The translations under genes and the position numbers were made by a program. From Owenia fusiformis (lineage: Eukaryota), in contig CAIIXF020000001.1 in the NCBI GenBank assembly GCA_903813345.2, positions 27,714,001 through 27,778,000 of the forward strand: a stretch of 64,000 nucleotides of DNA, read 5' to 3'. Shown piece after piece: positions 26,901 through 41,900 of the stretch; position 1 is the first letter of the stretch, and each line of letters opens with the position of its first letter. Under the pieces are notes generated by a model that saw only the letters and a list, made by a program, of their open reading frames with translations, did not search any database and was not told where the DNA came from.

Positions 26901-29900
26901 TTACAGGATAACATGTTATATTTTTATTTAATAAGAGTCATTAACCGGATTTACACTTCACTCATGTGTCTCATACATCAAACATTGTGATCTTAAGATA
27001 ACTCCAGTTTCTCAAGAGAACTTGCCTAAGATGTCTCAGTCAAAACATTTGGGACCAAAGCAAGATGTCTTAAAACGTAAAAGATGTCCTACTATTGGTT
27101 TTAGCTTTGAGCTCTTACCCAGTTTTAGATATATTGTAAAGAACAAAAACCGCATTCAAAGAACAAGATCTTTGGCAGATCTTTCTTATACTGTATGTGC
27201 CTTTTATAAGTTGAAAACCTTGCCACACATTTTCTGTTTTTTATCACACTTTTTTAGAATTTATTTCCTTGATCTGTATATATCTAAAAAAACTATTTTC
27301 CTTAAAAAGGGTATAAACAGGATTGCAATCGCTTTAAACAATGACTTCCATTGCCTTCAGTCAATGCTGAACTGATGGTTCTTGAATTTTTCTTCTAGAT
27401 CCACCTGTTCAAAGTGTGAACTCAAATATGAAAAGAATAAATGTAAATGCCTATAATACCCTCGGGCGATTGAAGCATATACTTTGTATATCTTGTAAGT
27501 AAATAAATAAATATATCTTTTCCTGAATTTTCGTAAGAGCTCTGAGCGAAAACCCCTTGGAATGCTTTATATACATGACGTGTAAATAGGTCTAGTGTCT
27601 GTGTTACATGTTGTAATATGTGTTGATGTACATTTAATCAGCATCATATGAAATATATTCGTCAAGATACAAACTTAATTATCACGTGGTTAGGAGTTCC
27701 TAAGCGGTATGATTGGTCAATTGTGATGATGATTGGTCAATTCTGTATTATATGGCGCAGGAATAATTTTCATTTGATACATTGGACTGTATTACTACGG
27801 AGTCATTAGAAATGATGTGATGTCATTAGTTATATAACTTCATTACTGAAAACAATTGTATGACGTTATTTCTTATGTAATGCAATATGGAAGCTTGTCA
27901 TAGTCACTGAAGAAAATATTCTCCATTCAACATCAAGATTGGTAAACGAACAGGATATCCCTAAAAGATCAATTCATTGCACTAATGAAAGCCCTAGACT
28001 TGTGATAAAATTTTTACACGTTTCAGCTTATGTGATGTAAGAAACATTCCTCTCAGGTAATCATGAATCACAACTCAAGGTTCGCTTCCGTGGATGATAC
28101 ATTTCTACCTTTTGTGGAATACTTAATTTCCTGTATCACATGCGATGCTGTAACGTGCGATAGTACTTTTCTTTCCTGGGCAATATATGTCCACTTTGCT
28201 CAACTTCATTGCCTATCAAAAGATCTTAAAAATATACAACAAAAAAATCAAAAATAGCCATCTGAAAATTAACCCACCCAACAGGCCCAAAAACTATAAT
28301 TCTGTTCTAGATATTTCCAAATCAATCCATCAAGCAGTAGCATTTGTTTTTCAATACTTAAATCTCTGAAAGATTGCCTTCTAAAATGTTATGATGCATA
28401 CATGATATTTGATATTAAGTGTCACTCATGTAATGTCCATTACACATTTTAGTAATTGAATGTTGAAATTTGATATCGAATGTAACCCTTTATTCTAGCT
28501 TATTTAATAATTGCCTCACGACTGATTTTTCATGAGTGCCTCTGTATTTCATAATTCATATCTAGTTGATGATCCTTCTAAAATTTTAGATAATATAGAT
28601 ATACAGTATTTTAATTTATTTTGTTAATGAATAAATGTGTTTATGGTTTAAATTAGGTAGAATTATAAAACAAAACAAAATGTTGTGTTTGTTTTTTGAC
28701 CATGGGGCTAGATCAGGATGTTGTATGTGTTGAGGGAGTCTGAAGATCCCAAACCTCATTGATTCTTTCTAGACATCAGCAGTCAACCCCCCCCCCTCAA
28801 CTAACCAGAAAATCCTTGAGTCAGAGACGACATATTCTGTGTTTACTCTAATTGCCACCATCGTATATGACCATAATGTCACTTAAATCTACAGATTAGT
28901 ATAAGTTGTCTTCAATTTCAGATATTTTCAAGAGACACATAATGAGAGTAGAATTAAAAGTGAAGATTTTTTGCAAGGGTTACCTCCATGTCCTCGTAGC
29001 AGGCACTGGGATTGGCAGCCATGGTTTCCCAGATTTCGCGGGCCCTGTGCCAGTGAAGGTACAATACTCCCTCTTGTAGAATAAACTGAAGGAAGTTTAG
29101 GTGTGTCGTCATGTACTGAAAAGAAAGCATTCGAGTGATAAGAAAAATGCATGGCAACATGGTAGACACAGTTAATGAAAACGCAGGCTATTTTCTTTCA
29201 GAACAATGTCATACATTTATGTAAAAACATAATTTGCTCAGTAAAAACTAGATAACAGCAAAACCAAGGTATATGGATGGTTTGCTAAAAGATAACTTTA
29301 TTTCATGTTTTATACAAGGCCTTTTTACCATACCAAACCCTAGTATAATTGTCACATTGACTTGAGACTGTTACAATTATAACACATGTATTTCTTTAAA
29401 ATGAGGACCAGACGGTGGTTAGGATAGACAATTACGCAAGGCAGTTGTAAATAGGTGAATCAGGCAAATACATTTCCACAAAATTGGCTTGATTCGAAAG
29501 CCTTGCTCCTGGCTACATGCTTGAGGACTTTTTAATTACAAAGGGGTGAAAAGGTGAACTATTATAAAATCTCATTTCCTCACCAAACCCAACACACGTC
29601 TTTAACTTATAAGAACTCTCCTAGGGACGCTTGAAAGGTAAAATTACGAACATGACCACCTTCTTCCTTTTTGTTTAATTAAATTGGCTATCACGTGTTG
29701 TCTTGCAGCAATCAGTAACACGTCATCAATCTATTCATAAGAGAATTATTTCCTAGCTCAAATTTCTGTTATCTAACTTGTTTTCAACTTCGCTTCAAGT
29801 TGTAATTGACCTGGTCATCCTGATGTGCATTTTTATATATTTTTTTTATTATTGTCTGGTTATAAAGCCATTGTTTATAATCTCAGTGATCTCCCCAGCA

Positions 29901-32900
29901 TTAAAGCAAGTGGGTGTAGCACCCACCTGAGATTTTGAAAATAGGCTTGCATCCACCTGAAAATCCATTTGCACCCACTTGAAAATGAGAAAAATTGGCA
30001 TATTTTGGTCTGAATTTTGAACCCACCTGAGAAAAAATCCTGAGGAGATCACTGCATCTACATGCATTCACATTTTGCTATGACAAGAAAATATCTCTTA
30101 CAGACCATGTTTTAATATACATTTTACTGTTGCCAGAAATTGTTTAATGGAAGTTGGTTTGCATAATCTCTCATCTTTAAATGAAAGCACCCTCACAACT
30201 GTAGAGTCATTCAAAATTTCAATTTGGCTCTGTTCAGGAGCTCTGCTCAAGAAGAAATTTTCTATCATAACCAGAACAACGGCAACGCCAAAGCGTAGCG
30301 AATCCCATCGAACAGCCATGGATGGCATTTTTACAAACAAAGTATATAGCAAAAATGGCAGGCATTTTTCAAAATGGCCGCCTTCTACCAAAAGTGTCAT
30401 TAGACCATTTGCCATAATAATAGTATTCACATATCAAATATGAACAAAATCGCTCCACTACTTTCCGAGTTATAGTAAAATACGTTAAAATGGTGGCCAT
30501 TTTGAAAAATGGCCGCCTTCTACCAAAAGTGTCATTAGACAGTGTGCCATCCTTATAGTATTCACATACCAAATATGAACAAAATTGCTTCACTACTTTT
30601 CGAGTTATAGTAAATTAGGTTAAAATGGCGGCCATTTTTCAAAATGGCGGCCATTTATTAAAATGGCCACTTTCTACAAAAAGTGTCTTTAGACAGTGTG
30701 CAATGTTTATAGTATTCACATACCAAATATGAAAAAATCACTCCAATACTTTTCGAGTTATAGTAAAAAAAATTAAAATGGCGGCCATTTTGAAAAATGA
30801 ATTATAGTATAATACCATAATAATAGTATTCACATATCAAATATGAACAAAATCGCTCCACTACTTTCCGAGTTATAGTAAAATACGTAAAAATGGCAGC
30901 CATTTTGAAAAATGGCCGCCTTCTACCAAAAGTGTCATTAGACAGTGTGCCATCCTTATAGTATTCACATACCAAATATGAACAAAATCGCTTCACTACT
31001 TTTCGAGTTATAGTAAATTAGGTTAAAATGGCGGCCATTTTTCAAAATGGCAGCCATTTTTTAAAATGGCCACTTTCTACCAAAAGTGTCTTTAGACAAT
31101 GTGCAATGTTTATAGTATTCACATACCAAATATGAACAAAATCGCTCAACTACTTTTCGAGTTACAGCAAAAATCGTAAAATAATGAGTAAAGGCCGCCA
31201 TTTTTCAAGATGGCTGCCATGTGCTTCTTTAATATCTACATTTCTAGCTTTATTAATGTCCTATATAATTTTTTTACATCTAAAACATATTGCTATTACA
31301 GTTTTACATATTGCACCTAAATTACTGTAAATTCGGCACTAAAATGGCCGCCATTTTGAAATGAGTGGCCATTTTGAAAATCTACCCCCATAGGGTATAT
31401 GTGTAAAAAATATGAACAAGATCGGGCCAACGGTATTTGAGTTATTGCCCGGACGGACTGACGGATGTACGTACAGACGGATGGACGGACGGAGAGATGG
31501 ACGGACGGACAGATGGACGGACGGACGGAGGCGTTCCCTGTCTTTGCTTAATAGGCATTTTTGGTATGTCTACTTTTTTCAAAATGGCCACCACTTTCAC
31601 AAAAATGAAATGTTTGATTATATGACATGATTATTGAGTCAATAAAAGATATATATCTTGAATACCAGTTAACAGATTTGCTCCTTCGGAGAACATTGAC
31701 ACAATGAATAATTCCTCGAAAATCATATCATGAGAGATGGGTGCAACTTGGTTTTCAGGTGGTTTTTTATTGTAAATAAAGTTCCAGAATTCCATTTCAT
31801 GATTAAACATATGTGAGCTTATCTATAATTAGTCAAAACGCATTCTTTCTTCAACAGCCTTGATTATAAAATTAACACACATGCCTCTGTGCCTTGTCAC
31901 TTGACAACAACCTGACTCAACCATATTAACCTCTTGAATCCCATGCTCTAAAACCAGTTGAAACCAGAGATTTTTTCATTTTTGCCACCTTTTGACATTA
32001 TACTACATACCTCACAGCTACAGATGCTCAACTTGGCAAAATTAGACGGCAGAGATTTCTACACATTTTAAAAAAAATTTGTGTAAATTGGATGAAAATT
32101 GTTCAAATAAGAGCGTTTTTAGTGAAAAATTTTGTGATGGATTTTCTTGTCACTCTGGGTTTCGAGGTCATTTCTTAGGTGACGAGAAATCTCATCACTC
32201 CAGGTAGTCAAGAGGTTAAATCCAAAGATCTAATATATAGCACTTAGTAACAGTATTCATTACTAGTTCGTGTTGTACATTATTAAGACACCAAAGATGA
32301 TCGCAATAGCTCACAATGACGAACTGAAAATTGACACAACATGACCATTGCATGTAACATCCCTATAAACAAGGGAACAATTGACATCAACGAACATTTA
32401 ATATCTTCATTACTCACGTCTCTGTGCTCGTATCTGCCATCTATTAAGGTCAATGGAGCTAAATCCGTTCCTAAATTACAAGCCGACTCCACTGCAAGTT
32501 TATGGCATTCTACAAGGCTACGTGTCACCAACTTAATGATGTCATGGTTTTTATTGAGCTCGTGTAGAAAACCCTACAATAACAACATTAATAGGTTAAT
32601 TTTACACGAGGTGGATCACAAATTATGTTTAATATTTATTGATATACACGTAAAGTATGATAACATGATTGTATTACACATACTAATAGCTATATGTGCC
32701 TGTATTACATTCTGCTATTGTATGTTTGAATATCAAGTTCAAGTCTTTAATTTGAAATCAAACAACCTTACTAAGCAATTAACCGACATATATTTGATGT
32801 CAATATACGATATATATATACATGTATTTCATACTTGAGTGGGTTTGGGGTAGATATCACCTGGGAATATATATCATATCTGAGGAGCGGGCAGGATATA

Positions 32901-35900
32901 TTGTATATGTCCCGCTCCAGGCCAAATGCGGGCAGATATAATATATCCATCCCGCTCCCGGGAATTTTTTCAAAAGTTTAAAAATTTTAAAAATTTAAAT
33001 TTCAGAAGTTTAAAATTTTTCAAAAAGTTTAAATGTTACAATTCTATTGTATTGAGCTGAAGGAATATTATGAAAATGTTAAATATAAATTGTGCTTTTA
33101 CAGTATAGGCCTATCTTGTCATTTGAAAAAGGTGATAAAGGTTATATCTACCCCAAACCCACTCAAGTATGAGATACACCAGTTATGTACGGTCGGTTTT
33201 GGATACAGTGTTTATCCCGCGGGAAATATGTGTATCTCCCTCGGTCCCTGCGGTCCCTCGTGAGATACACATATTTCCCTTGGGATAAACCCTGTATCCA
33301 AAACCTCCCAGTACATAACCCTTATGTATATCATTATATAGTATTGTATATTCAGGCCCGTAGCCAGGATTTGCCAAGGGGGGTTCACTTTTTGAAAAAT
33401 TCCAGGCGGGGTTCACTTTTGACAATTTTGGTCCAAATATGGCCAAAATCACTGAAAAAGTGCTCAGAATGGTGAAAAACTGCATGATTTTAAAAGATTT
33501 TTGGCCAGGGGCTGATATTTCACAAGAATTCACAAACCTTATCTGACTTGTGGAAGCTGCTCTTGGCAATGTTCTTGGATATATGTAGTAGCTGTTTCAG
33601 GGCTGGCAATACCCACACACCCTGAAAATAATAAACATAGGTTTCCTTTCCTCTTATGACTTGAACATTTATTCAAGCGTTGTAGATGTAGCACAAGCAC
33701 AACATGATATATGACTTCTCAAGCCTGTATTGACTTGTATAAGCAAAAAAGGTCATAGCCAGATGCCTTAACAAAAACAGATGAGGTGAAATGAATAGAA
33801 TTTAATCGTGTTCTCAGGTCATAAACTTCAGTTAAACCCCTTTCCAGCTTTTTTCCAAATTCCAAATAGTACACTTATACAACAGTTATAGGTTTCAATC
33901 TTATCAAGTTGACCTTTCTGTTTCTTAATATATTCTTAAGGCTTTGTTCACTTCTCATGGCTATGGTGGTAATACGATCTTTTCTAATAATAACAAAGTA
34001 TCTTGTAATATATCTTTTCTAATCTCGTATATTGTACCTTTTTGATATCCTCAATACATTTAACAACATAGTTTTTCTTAAGTTGCTCCTTGACTGTACA
34101 TGAGTCGCACAGGATTATAAGATGTTCCTCCAGAGCTTGTTCTATAAGATCTGTCGGCAGAGAAGGGAGGTGAGCTAGGTCCCAGAGTAACTCTAATACC
34201 TGAAATGAGATGATTCAATAATGAGTGATAAACAAGGCATAAACATGCAAAATGTCACCACCTGCCATTTGTAACAGACACCCACCATCGAACATTGACC
34301 ACAGTCCACAAAAAAAGTTGGACACTATAACAATATCACTGTTCCACAAATTGTTATTTTGATGGAAAGTCAATGTAACAAAATGGATGAACTTCTTGGT
34401 TACGAGTTTTTTGTTTTCTCGATTTAAACTTAGTACTACTTATGTACGTATGTTGTAGATTATCATTTGGCACAACGTTAGACAATATAGTCTAGCTTTT
34501 AGAAATGCTCTTGTTTTGGAATTTGATTTGTAAATAAATCTGTAATTCATGCATTTAGACCATCGCTTTTGTTACATTGACATAAGTCGTCAAAGTAACA
34601 TACATTGGTATTATAACGGACTTTTGTCAGTGTAAGCAAGGGGCTAAATATATGAATTGCAACTTCATTTACAAAACAAATTCCAAATCGAAGAAATTTA
34701 TTAAAACTAGACTATATTTTCTAGCTTTGTGCCAAATTATGATCTGGAATTTGACTTGCAAGTAGGTTTAAATCGAGAAAACAAAAAACTCGTAACCAGG
34801 AAGTTCATCCATTTTGTTACATTGACGTTCTGTCAAAGTAACTAGTTCTGGAACAGTGAATATGTCAACACTTGTGGTGGTGACATAGAAAATGAATACT
34901 CAAAGTATTATTGACAGCAAACATTAATCAAGAACAGAAGCAGAAATAATGTATGTTTATTTATAATACTCACACGTGTGGTTGTTTTCTGTGCTTTGGC
35001 ATCACGTCCAATCTTTCCAATCAAACTGAGCAGTTTATCTCTCATCCTATCATTCTCATCTTTCCAACTCTGAAACACAAATGTATAAGAATTATCTAAA
35101 TTCCCATGTCTTCTACCCTAATCAAAAATTAAAGACCCATTTTGCGTATTTTCAACATTTTGTGGCAAAATAAAGTCTTACGTTTGAATTTCAAAGTATT
35201 TCCAATGGATTGACAAGTACTTTATCTTTCATTTGACACCAAAAACAGCTCAAACGGGCCATATCGAAGCTTGCAATATGTTATCAAAAAATATTTTTGA
35301 TCTGCTAAGCTTTATATATCTAGTTTTCATCAATGTCAATGAAAGATGGCGAAGTTGTTTGTATTACATGATACATTCATTTATATAGAAGTGTTGCAAT
35401 CTTATAAATCAATAGTAATTTAAAACATGCACTTTGTCAAAAATGTGCATGCACTACTAATGATCTCTGAACTTTGAATGCCCTTTTCTACATGAGTTAT
35501 TTTTTCATTGGTTTAATATTACTACAAATCAAACTTTGTATCCTATCTAATTGAGTGTGTGAGTAACATGTTTCAATGATTAATTTTTCTTTTTTTCTTC
35601 TAAATTAAGCATAGTGGGGCTTTAAAATACAAAGGGCCCAATGTTACCTTCTGCATGAGGACAAAGAGATGTTCCAGTTGTTCTGTGTTGAATTTCACCC
35701 CTGCTGCGGCTATGATGCCATGAATATTATCTATCACCTGATTGGTCTCATCATCCTTCAATGAAATGAAACAACACTTTTTAAATGGGTGTTGAAGGCT
35801 GCAGCTCAGATGACCTCAGTTAATAGTTATTTCAACATCCTTGAGTTATTATTACTTAACCTAATACTATTCAAAGAATCTGGGGATCAAATAGACCCAA

Positions 35901-38900
35901 CCCATGGAATTAGTTAAACAATATAGGAGTTTTCATATAGTTTAGAAATCTCGTTTAAGTCTCGTTTTAATGAGATTTTAGGAGGTCTGCATTTTAACCA
36001 TAAAAGACCAATATTTTCTTCTATTTGATGGCATATTTGAATTCTGTGTGTAATTTTCCATCAAAACTTGATTTGCAGTTATTTACCTTTATTCAAATTT
36101 TAAAGGTTTTCAAGTTTCCTGAAAAAGGTCGGGCTAAATCCCCATTGACACAATATTGAAATACCTTTAAAAATTCATTTACTCTTATAAGTATCACAAT
36201 ATTAATGTTAAATCACGATCTGCATGTCAATAAGTTCATATAGTTACATTCCAATGGTGTTTTAAGTTGATCCAAATTGAATTACTTGTTAGATCAAAAA
36301 TTAAGTTACTCTTGTTATGTGTTCCCATGTATTCAGGCCCCACAAACACCCATGCTGCCATCTATTTTTCCATCTAGTATAGATAATGGTCTATTAAACG
36401 CAGTTATTACAAACCTGCATTTTCCATATTTTGCTTAGTTCATCAAGGGAGAGACGTGAGCCCAGAAAGTCCACAATTCCCTTCACTCTCTCACAGTACT
36501 GGACTTGGTCTATGTTACCTGCAATCGCATGCTATGTAACATTAACAGGACGTGCATGAGACATGGTTAAGATGACAATTTCTTTATTTCATGATGGAGT
36601 AATTCCTCCCAATCTGACTGGAACATGAGATGAAGTTCATATATGTTCAATCTGATATTCCCAATAGTAAATATAAGAAAAACATTATTAAAAGATTTCA
36701 TATGAAAATATATACAAATATTATGCAACTGAAAACTTTAACTATCACAAGGCATTAACACGCAAAAAGTCATCACCTGCCATTTGTTACAGACCCCATT
36801 CACCAACCACTGTCCACAAAAAAGTTGGAGACTATAATAATACATCATCACTTCTGGTGAGGACATAATAAAACTTATAATATTATTTTGATAAAGTAGA
36901 AATGATAACCATGGAATTGTATCAATCAGAAACACACATTATGCATATGCCTTGAACAGAGTAAAGATCCATACCTTCCAAAGCAACTGATAATATTTTG
37001 TTTTCTGAGAGCCAGTCTGTGATTGTGTCCTGGTCAATGGCAGTCTTAGGTTGTTTACTGTTGATGGCATCTTCAATTAACTTTGAGATCTGAAAAATCA
37101 ATACAGTGTATGTCTATGCTGATGGGTGCAGAGGTCAGTTTTATTAGTATGGACCTCCCATGATTCTTAAAACTCGTTTAAGTGAAGGATTCTTCAATTT
37201 TCATGTAATCGAAAATGGTTTAATGTGATTTTAATGTTCATGAATTGATTTTAATGTTCATGAATTTCAATCCCCCATTCTCTATTCAAAATTTCAGGGA
37301 CAGTGAACATATTTTACCACAGTTGACACCTACCACTTTGAGAGAATTCATCCTTGCATTGAAATGTGGCGACTTTAACATACGAAGGGCAAAATCCAGT
37401 CTCAGTGTGTCTACTGCCTGCACATCATTGGGCCAAATACTCAAACACAGCAGCTTGATGGATGCCAGCATCTCATTGACACAACCAACTTTCTAAAACC
37501 ACAAAAAGAAATTCATGTACAAATACTGATACATGTTATATAACACTAATGCATGATAAAACACTGATACAAGTTAAAATGCTGATACATGTTAAAACAT
37601 TGTGGAATTGCTTTCAGGCAAAAGAAGCATCATATAGAGAATTTGCCCTCCATTGTTGCCTAAATAAAAATAGATGGCAGCTTGACTAGATCTCAGTCAG
37701 TCTCTGATGCAGAAATAAGCATTAGAGAAATATGGATACAACATATATCACCCATAAGAATATATCTCCCTCAAATAAAATCAGGAAAACAACTATCACT
37801 CTACCTTGTCTTTGAGCTCATCTTCTTTGAGACCCTGTACATATTTCACTGCTCTCTCCATTCCTGTGGCTAACATAGGCTGGACACTCTTGCCATTTAG
37901 ATACTCAGCACATTGGCCTAGAGGGGCTAGCAAGGCAGACATGGCAGGAGCATCAAGCTTCTCAGCAGCCAACAAAGTCTTCATGTGGTCGAACCCTTTC
38001 TTCCAACCAAACTGAAATGTCAGGGATAGAATCATATGTTATTCAAAATATGATCGATTGTGGAGATTTCTCAGGAGATACCATGGACAGAGGGAATTTT
38101 CAAAGTGGCCCTTAAAAAGGATTTACATCCGAATTTTCATGAGGATGATACACTGTACATTTATTGTGCTACTGCTACTGTCAGGATGTACTAATAAAAT
38201 TTAAGCAGAATCATATTCAACAGTAAGCATGTTGTCTCTTTCATCTATCAACACTAGTTATTGTTTAACAACACAGTAATGGTGATCCTCTCATTTTGTT
38301 ACATTTTAACATCCATAGACTATTTACTTACCCTGTTGATCAAATTCCTAAGAAGTCCATATGGATCTTTATTTGCGTTGACATTTGAGATGGAAAACAA
38401 GGCCTCGTCACCATACTTTTCTTGCCAAAAAAGCTGCTCTGGTTTCCTGAATCTGTTCTTGTAGTGAAATTCATTACCTGGGTTGAGGGCCTAAATGAAA
38501 ATCACATCCTTGTATCAAGTACAGGGTGAAACAAAATAAATTCCACTAAACTCTATCTACACATCAAAATCATGAAGATTCCTTCATTATTGAGAAAGTT
38601 GTTCCAAAATTAGTGGGTGGCATTTTTGGGTCACCCTGTAAACTATGCACATGTATCCTCTCTTTTACTACATTCAACTTTCATATCTCTTAACCTTCTT
38701 ACATCTTCAATCAACTGTTCTTTTTTAGATCTGTAACTTTAACACAACTTTTTATTTTATTCTTGCAGATTTTCGAAATTGTGATATACAACAAAATCTT
38801 TAAGATTGTTGGACATAAGCAAATGTTTTTAGTGGTCATGTGTCCCTTGGGCTTATATTGGATTGAATATTACCAGGCAGTAGTAAATGTTCATGTATAA

Positions 38901-41900
38901 AACTAGAATAATGCACGAAAGCTTCACATATTCTTATTCTACTTCTTCTGGTTCATTCTGAATTTTGTATCTGACAGTATATTCCCACTTTAAGCCAACC
39001 AATATAGCAATAAGCTCATTTCAAAGAGCAACATAGTAAAATCTTGGCCCAACTATGTTAGGCCCATAGCCATGGCCGAAATTTCTTTCAAAATCATGCA
39101 GTTTTTCACCATTCTGACTATTTTTTGAGTGATTTTTGGCCAAATTTGCCAAAGTGAACCCACCCCCTAGAATTTTTGGGAAAAGTGAACCCCCTTGGAA
39201 AATTCTAGCTATGGGCCTGTATGTTGCCCGCTGAAATGAGGTTATTAATATTATAAGTCTTCTAACCTCATACAAATACCCTGAGATCAGGCCTCACAAA
39301 GTGGTGATAATGTAAAATAGGGATCGACAGAGCACTGGTATAAGCTCATTGAGATTATAGGATTCCTTACCATTGCCAAGACCTCTAATAAGTTGATAGG
39401 GACAGGTTCATAGACCAATCGTGTAGCAGCTAGGTCAACAAATAGCTGACACATATTGTAGATGCCATCTTGTATCTCAGAGCCCCAGCGATGTACAGCA
39501 CCTGATGTCATCAGCTTTGACAGTGCCTCCGGCATACACCTATCCATGAACCGCACACAGTTATCATCTGTCTCACATAATCCTGGAATAATATTAATTT
39601 TGGAAGCAAATTTTAATTGATGAATATTTATAAAGAAACATGGGGATACCGATTGAGATGGTATATTTCTTATAACCGAGGTGCACCGAATGAAAAATGT
39701 GTCAAATTCCTGGGGATTTTGGTGAAGATTTAATTTGGCAATTTTTTGATTCGTCAAATTAAGATCCCACCATATTAAAATAATTTATGTTTTAAATGAA
39801 TTGAAATTAAAATAAATCTCATAAGTAAGGAACTTCATTCATTGAACAAGGAATAGAATATCCATGATTCACCTTCAGCGGCAAGCCTTGTAGATGCAAC
39901 TAGACATTTCCCTAGAGACTCCTCCTTCTTATAGGGGATAGACCATTGGTCAGTAAAGACACGCCCCTCTAGTTCATAGAGATTGGTCACTGGGAACTCC
40001 ATAGCTTCAGAGTTGTCTATTGCCGGTTCCTCTGTAGTTGCTTCACTCACAGTATTATCCTTCTAGACAACAATAAAACAGTTTAAATAATAATGTAACA
40101 TGTGGAGTGTGCACGAAATTAAGTAGAGGAATATGCCATCAGATCCTGGAAAGAAGCAAACTATTTCAGATTAATTGCCATGAAAGTGCATATAAACTAA
40201 AAATCAAAACATTTTTATATCATGTCTATATGTCTATATATATATCAAATAGGTTCTTGCGAGTCAAGATGTTCATTACTTCTCTTGTTCCTAAAGTTTT
40301 TATAAGTAACTCAATAATATTGAGAGGAGACAAGGAAGGAAAATAATTTGGGACTTTGATCTTCCTGATGAACTAAAACCTAAATTACTTACTACTTCAA
40401 GTTATCAAGTACATTCATGTAGTTCATCTGTATCTCATAGAACAAAATATATGATAAACAATCAACTGTTAAAGATTCTAAAACTTTAAAGATGCAGTGT
40501 CTCATAGGTTTTTCTCTCGGACTATCAATGCTGTCACATTATAATTACTTATATAATAGCTTACATAGATACTGTAGATATATTTTGAGGCTAACTTATG
40601 GACACATGCACAGTATTGTAGATTTCTTGAGATTCAATAGGGCTATATATGTATTAGGCTGTGACACCCCCTCCCCCAGGATACTTATCAAGTTTCAGTG
40701 AGGAAGAGATTAAGGAGTGTAGTTTACCAAATGGTGTAAATATTTTTTCATGACTAGTACTTGTAACTTCAGACTTCAGTGTTCTCCCCAGGATTTTATC
40801 TCAAGTAGGTGCAAAATTCTCGATTTCATAATTTAGGTCAGAATTTGGTCAACATATGTTTTTAAGGCCAGGGTGCATGTTGGGAAATTTTCTGCATTCC
40901 TCAATTGAGTCACATGTTATTTTTCAAACAAGAATCGCTCCTTCCCCACATTATCTACATCTTCCAGTTTTGCACAAAGAGTGCACGTATGTACCTAGAA
41001 AAGACTTGTGAGAAGATTTGTTTGGTAAATTGTATAAAAAACGAGAAAATTCAGTGAAAAAAATTTCTGAAAATTTTCAGGACGATGTAGGCCATGTGGG
41101 GAAGGAGCGATTCTTGTTTGAAGAATAACATGTGACTCAAGTGAGGAATGCAGAAAATTTCCCATCATGCACCCTGACCTTAAGCTGAAACTCCCTAAAT
41201 TACAAAAGGCCACCGTTTATTGCACATTTTACCCAACTATCTGAAATATGGCAAAGCTAGGGTGGAGCATATGTTTCTACTTTTCATATGCTGTATGTTA
41301 ATCCGGGGGGTTCACTGTGTACAAAATTTGGCAGGGGTCCTAGGCTGAACCAGAAAGTTAAAAATCTGACCATTTCCATCCCTCAAAAGTTTAATGAGGG
41401 GGCATTCTCATACCACATCCTAAAATTTGGGTCCATTGCCATACCAAATGTCCAAAAAAAAGGTACCCCATGTGCGCCGAGGATCCCCGTCAAGGTTTAT
41501 ATACAGTGAACCCCCCGGGATGTTTATACAATGTGGTCATTTGATTGCATATAGTCTAGTACATTCATTGAAATGGGATATTCCTGTTATTTCTGATACA
41601 GATTTTTGGAATGTTTGAAAGACATCAGCATACTGAACATGTACATGATGTACCCCTGGATTCCTAGATCCACCGTTGCTACATATGCTATCCATGTTTC
41701 TGCGATATGACCATACTAAAAACACTCAACAAAGCGAGGTAAGTGACAAACACTCCATTATATCCTGTCACCACCTGTCATTTGTTTACATACACTAACC
41801 GCCGAAAACACCAAATGTCAAATAGCATCCACAAGCGGAGACTCACTATTAAATATGTCTCTGCTTCTAGTGCCCTCTATTATATATTTCTTTACATGTT

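Noticed and set aside
27680-27745. E-box/CCAAT cluster suggesting another nested promoter
   Set aside because: No associated exon or ORF found; such motifs are common inside repeats
32341-32838. 165-aa plus-strand ORF
   Set aside because: Antisense overlap with USP24 exon 13 plus AT-rich intron; no recognisable domain
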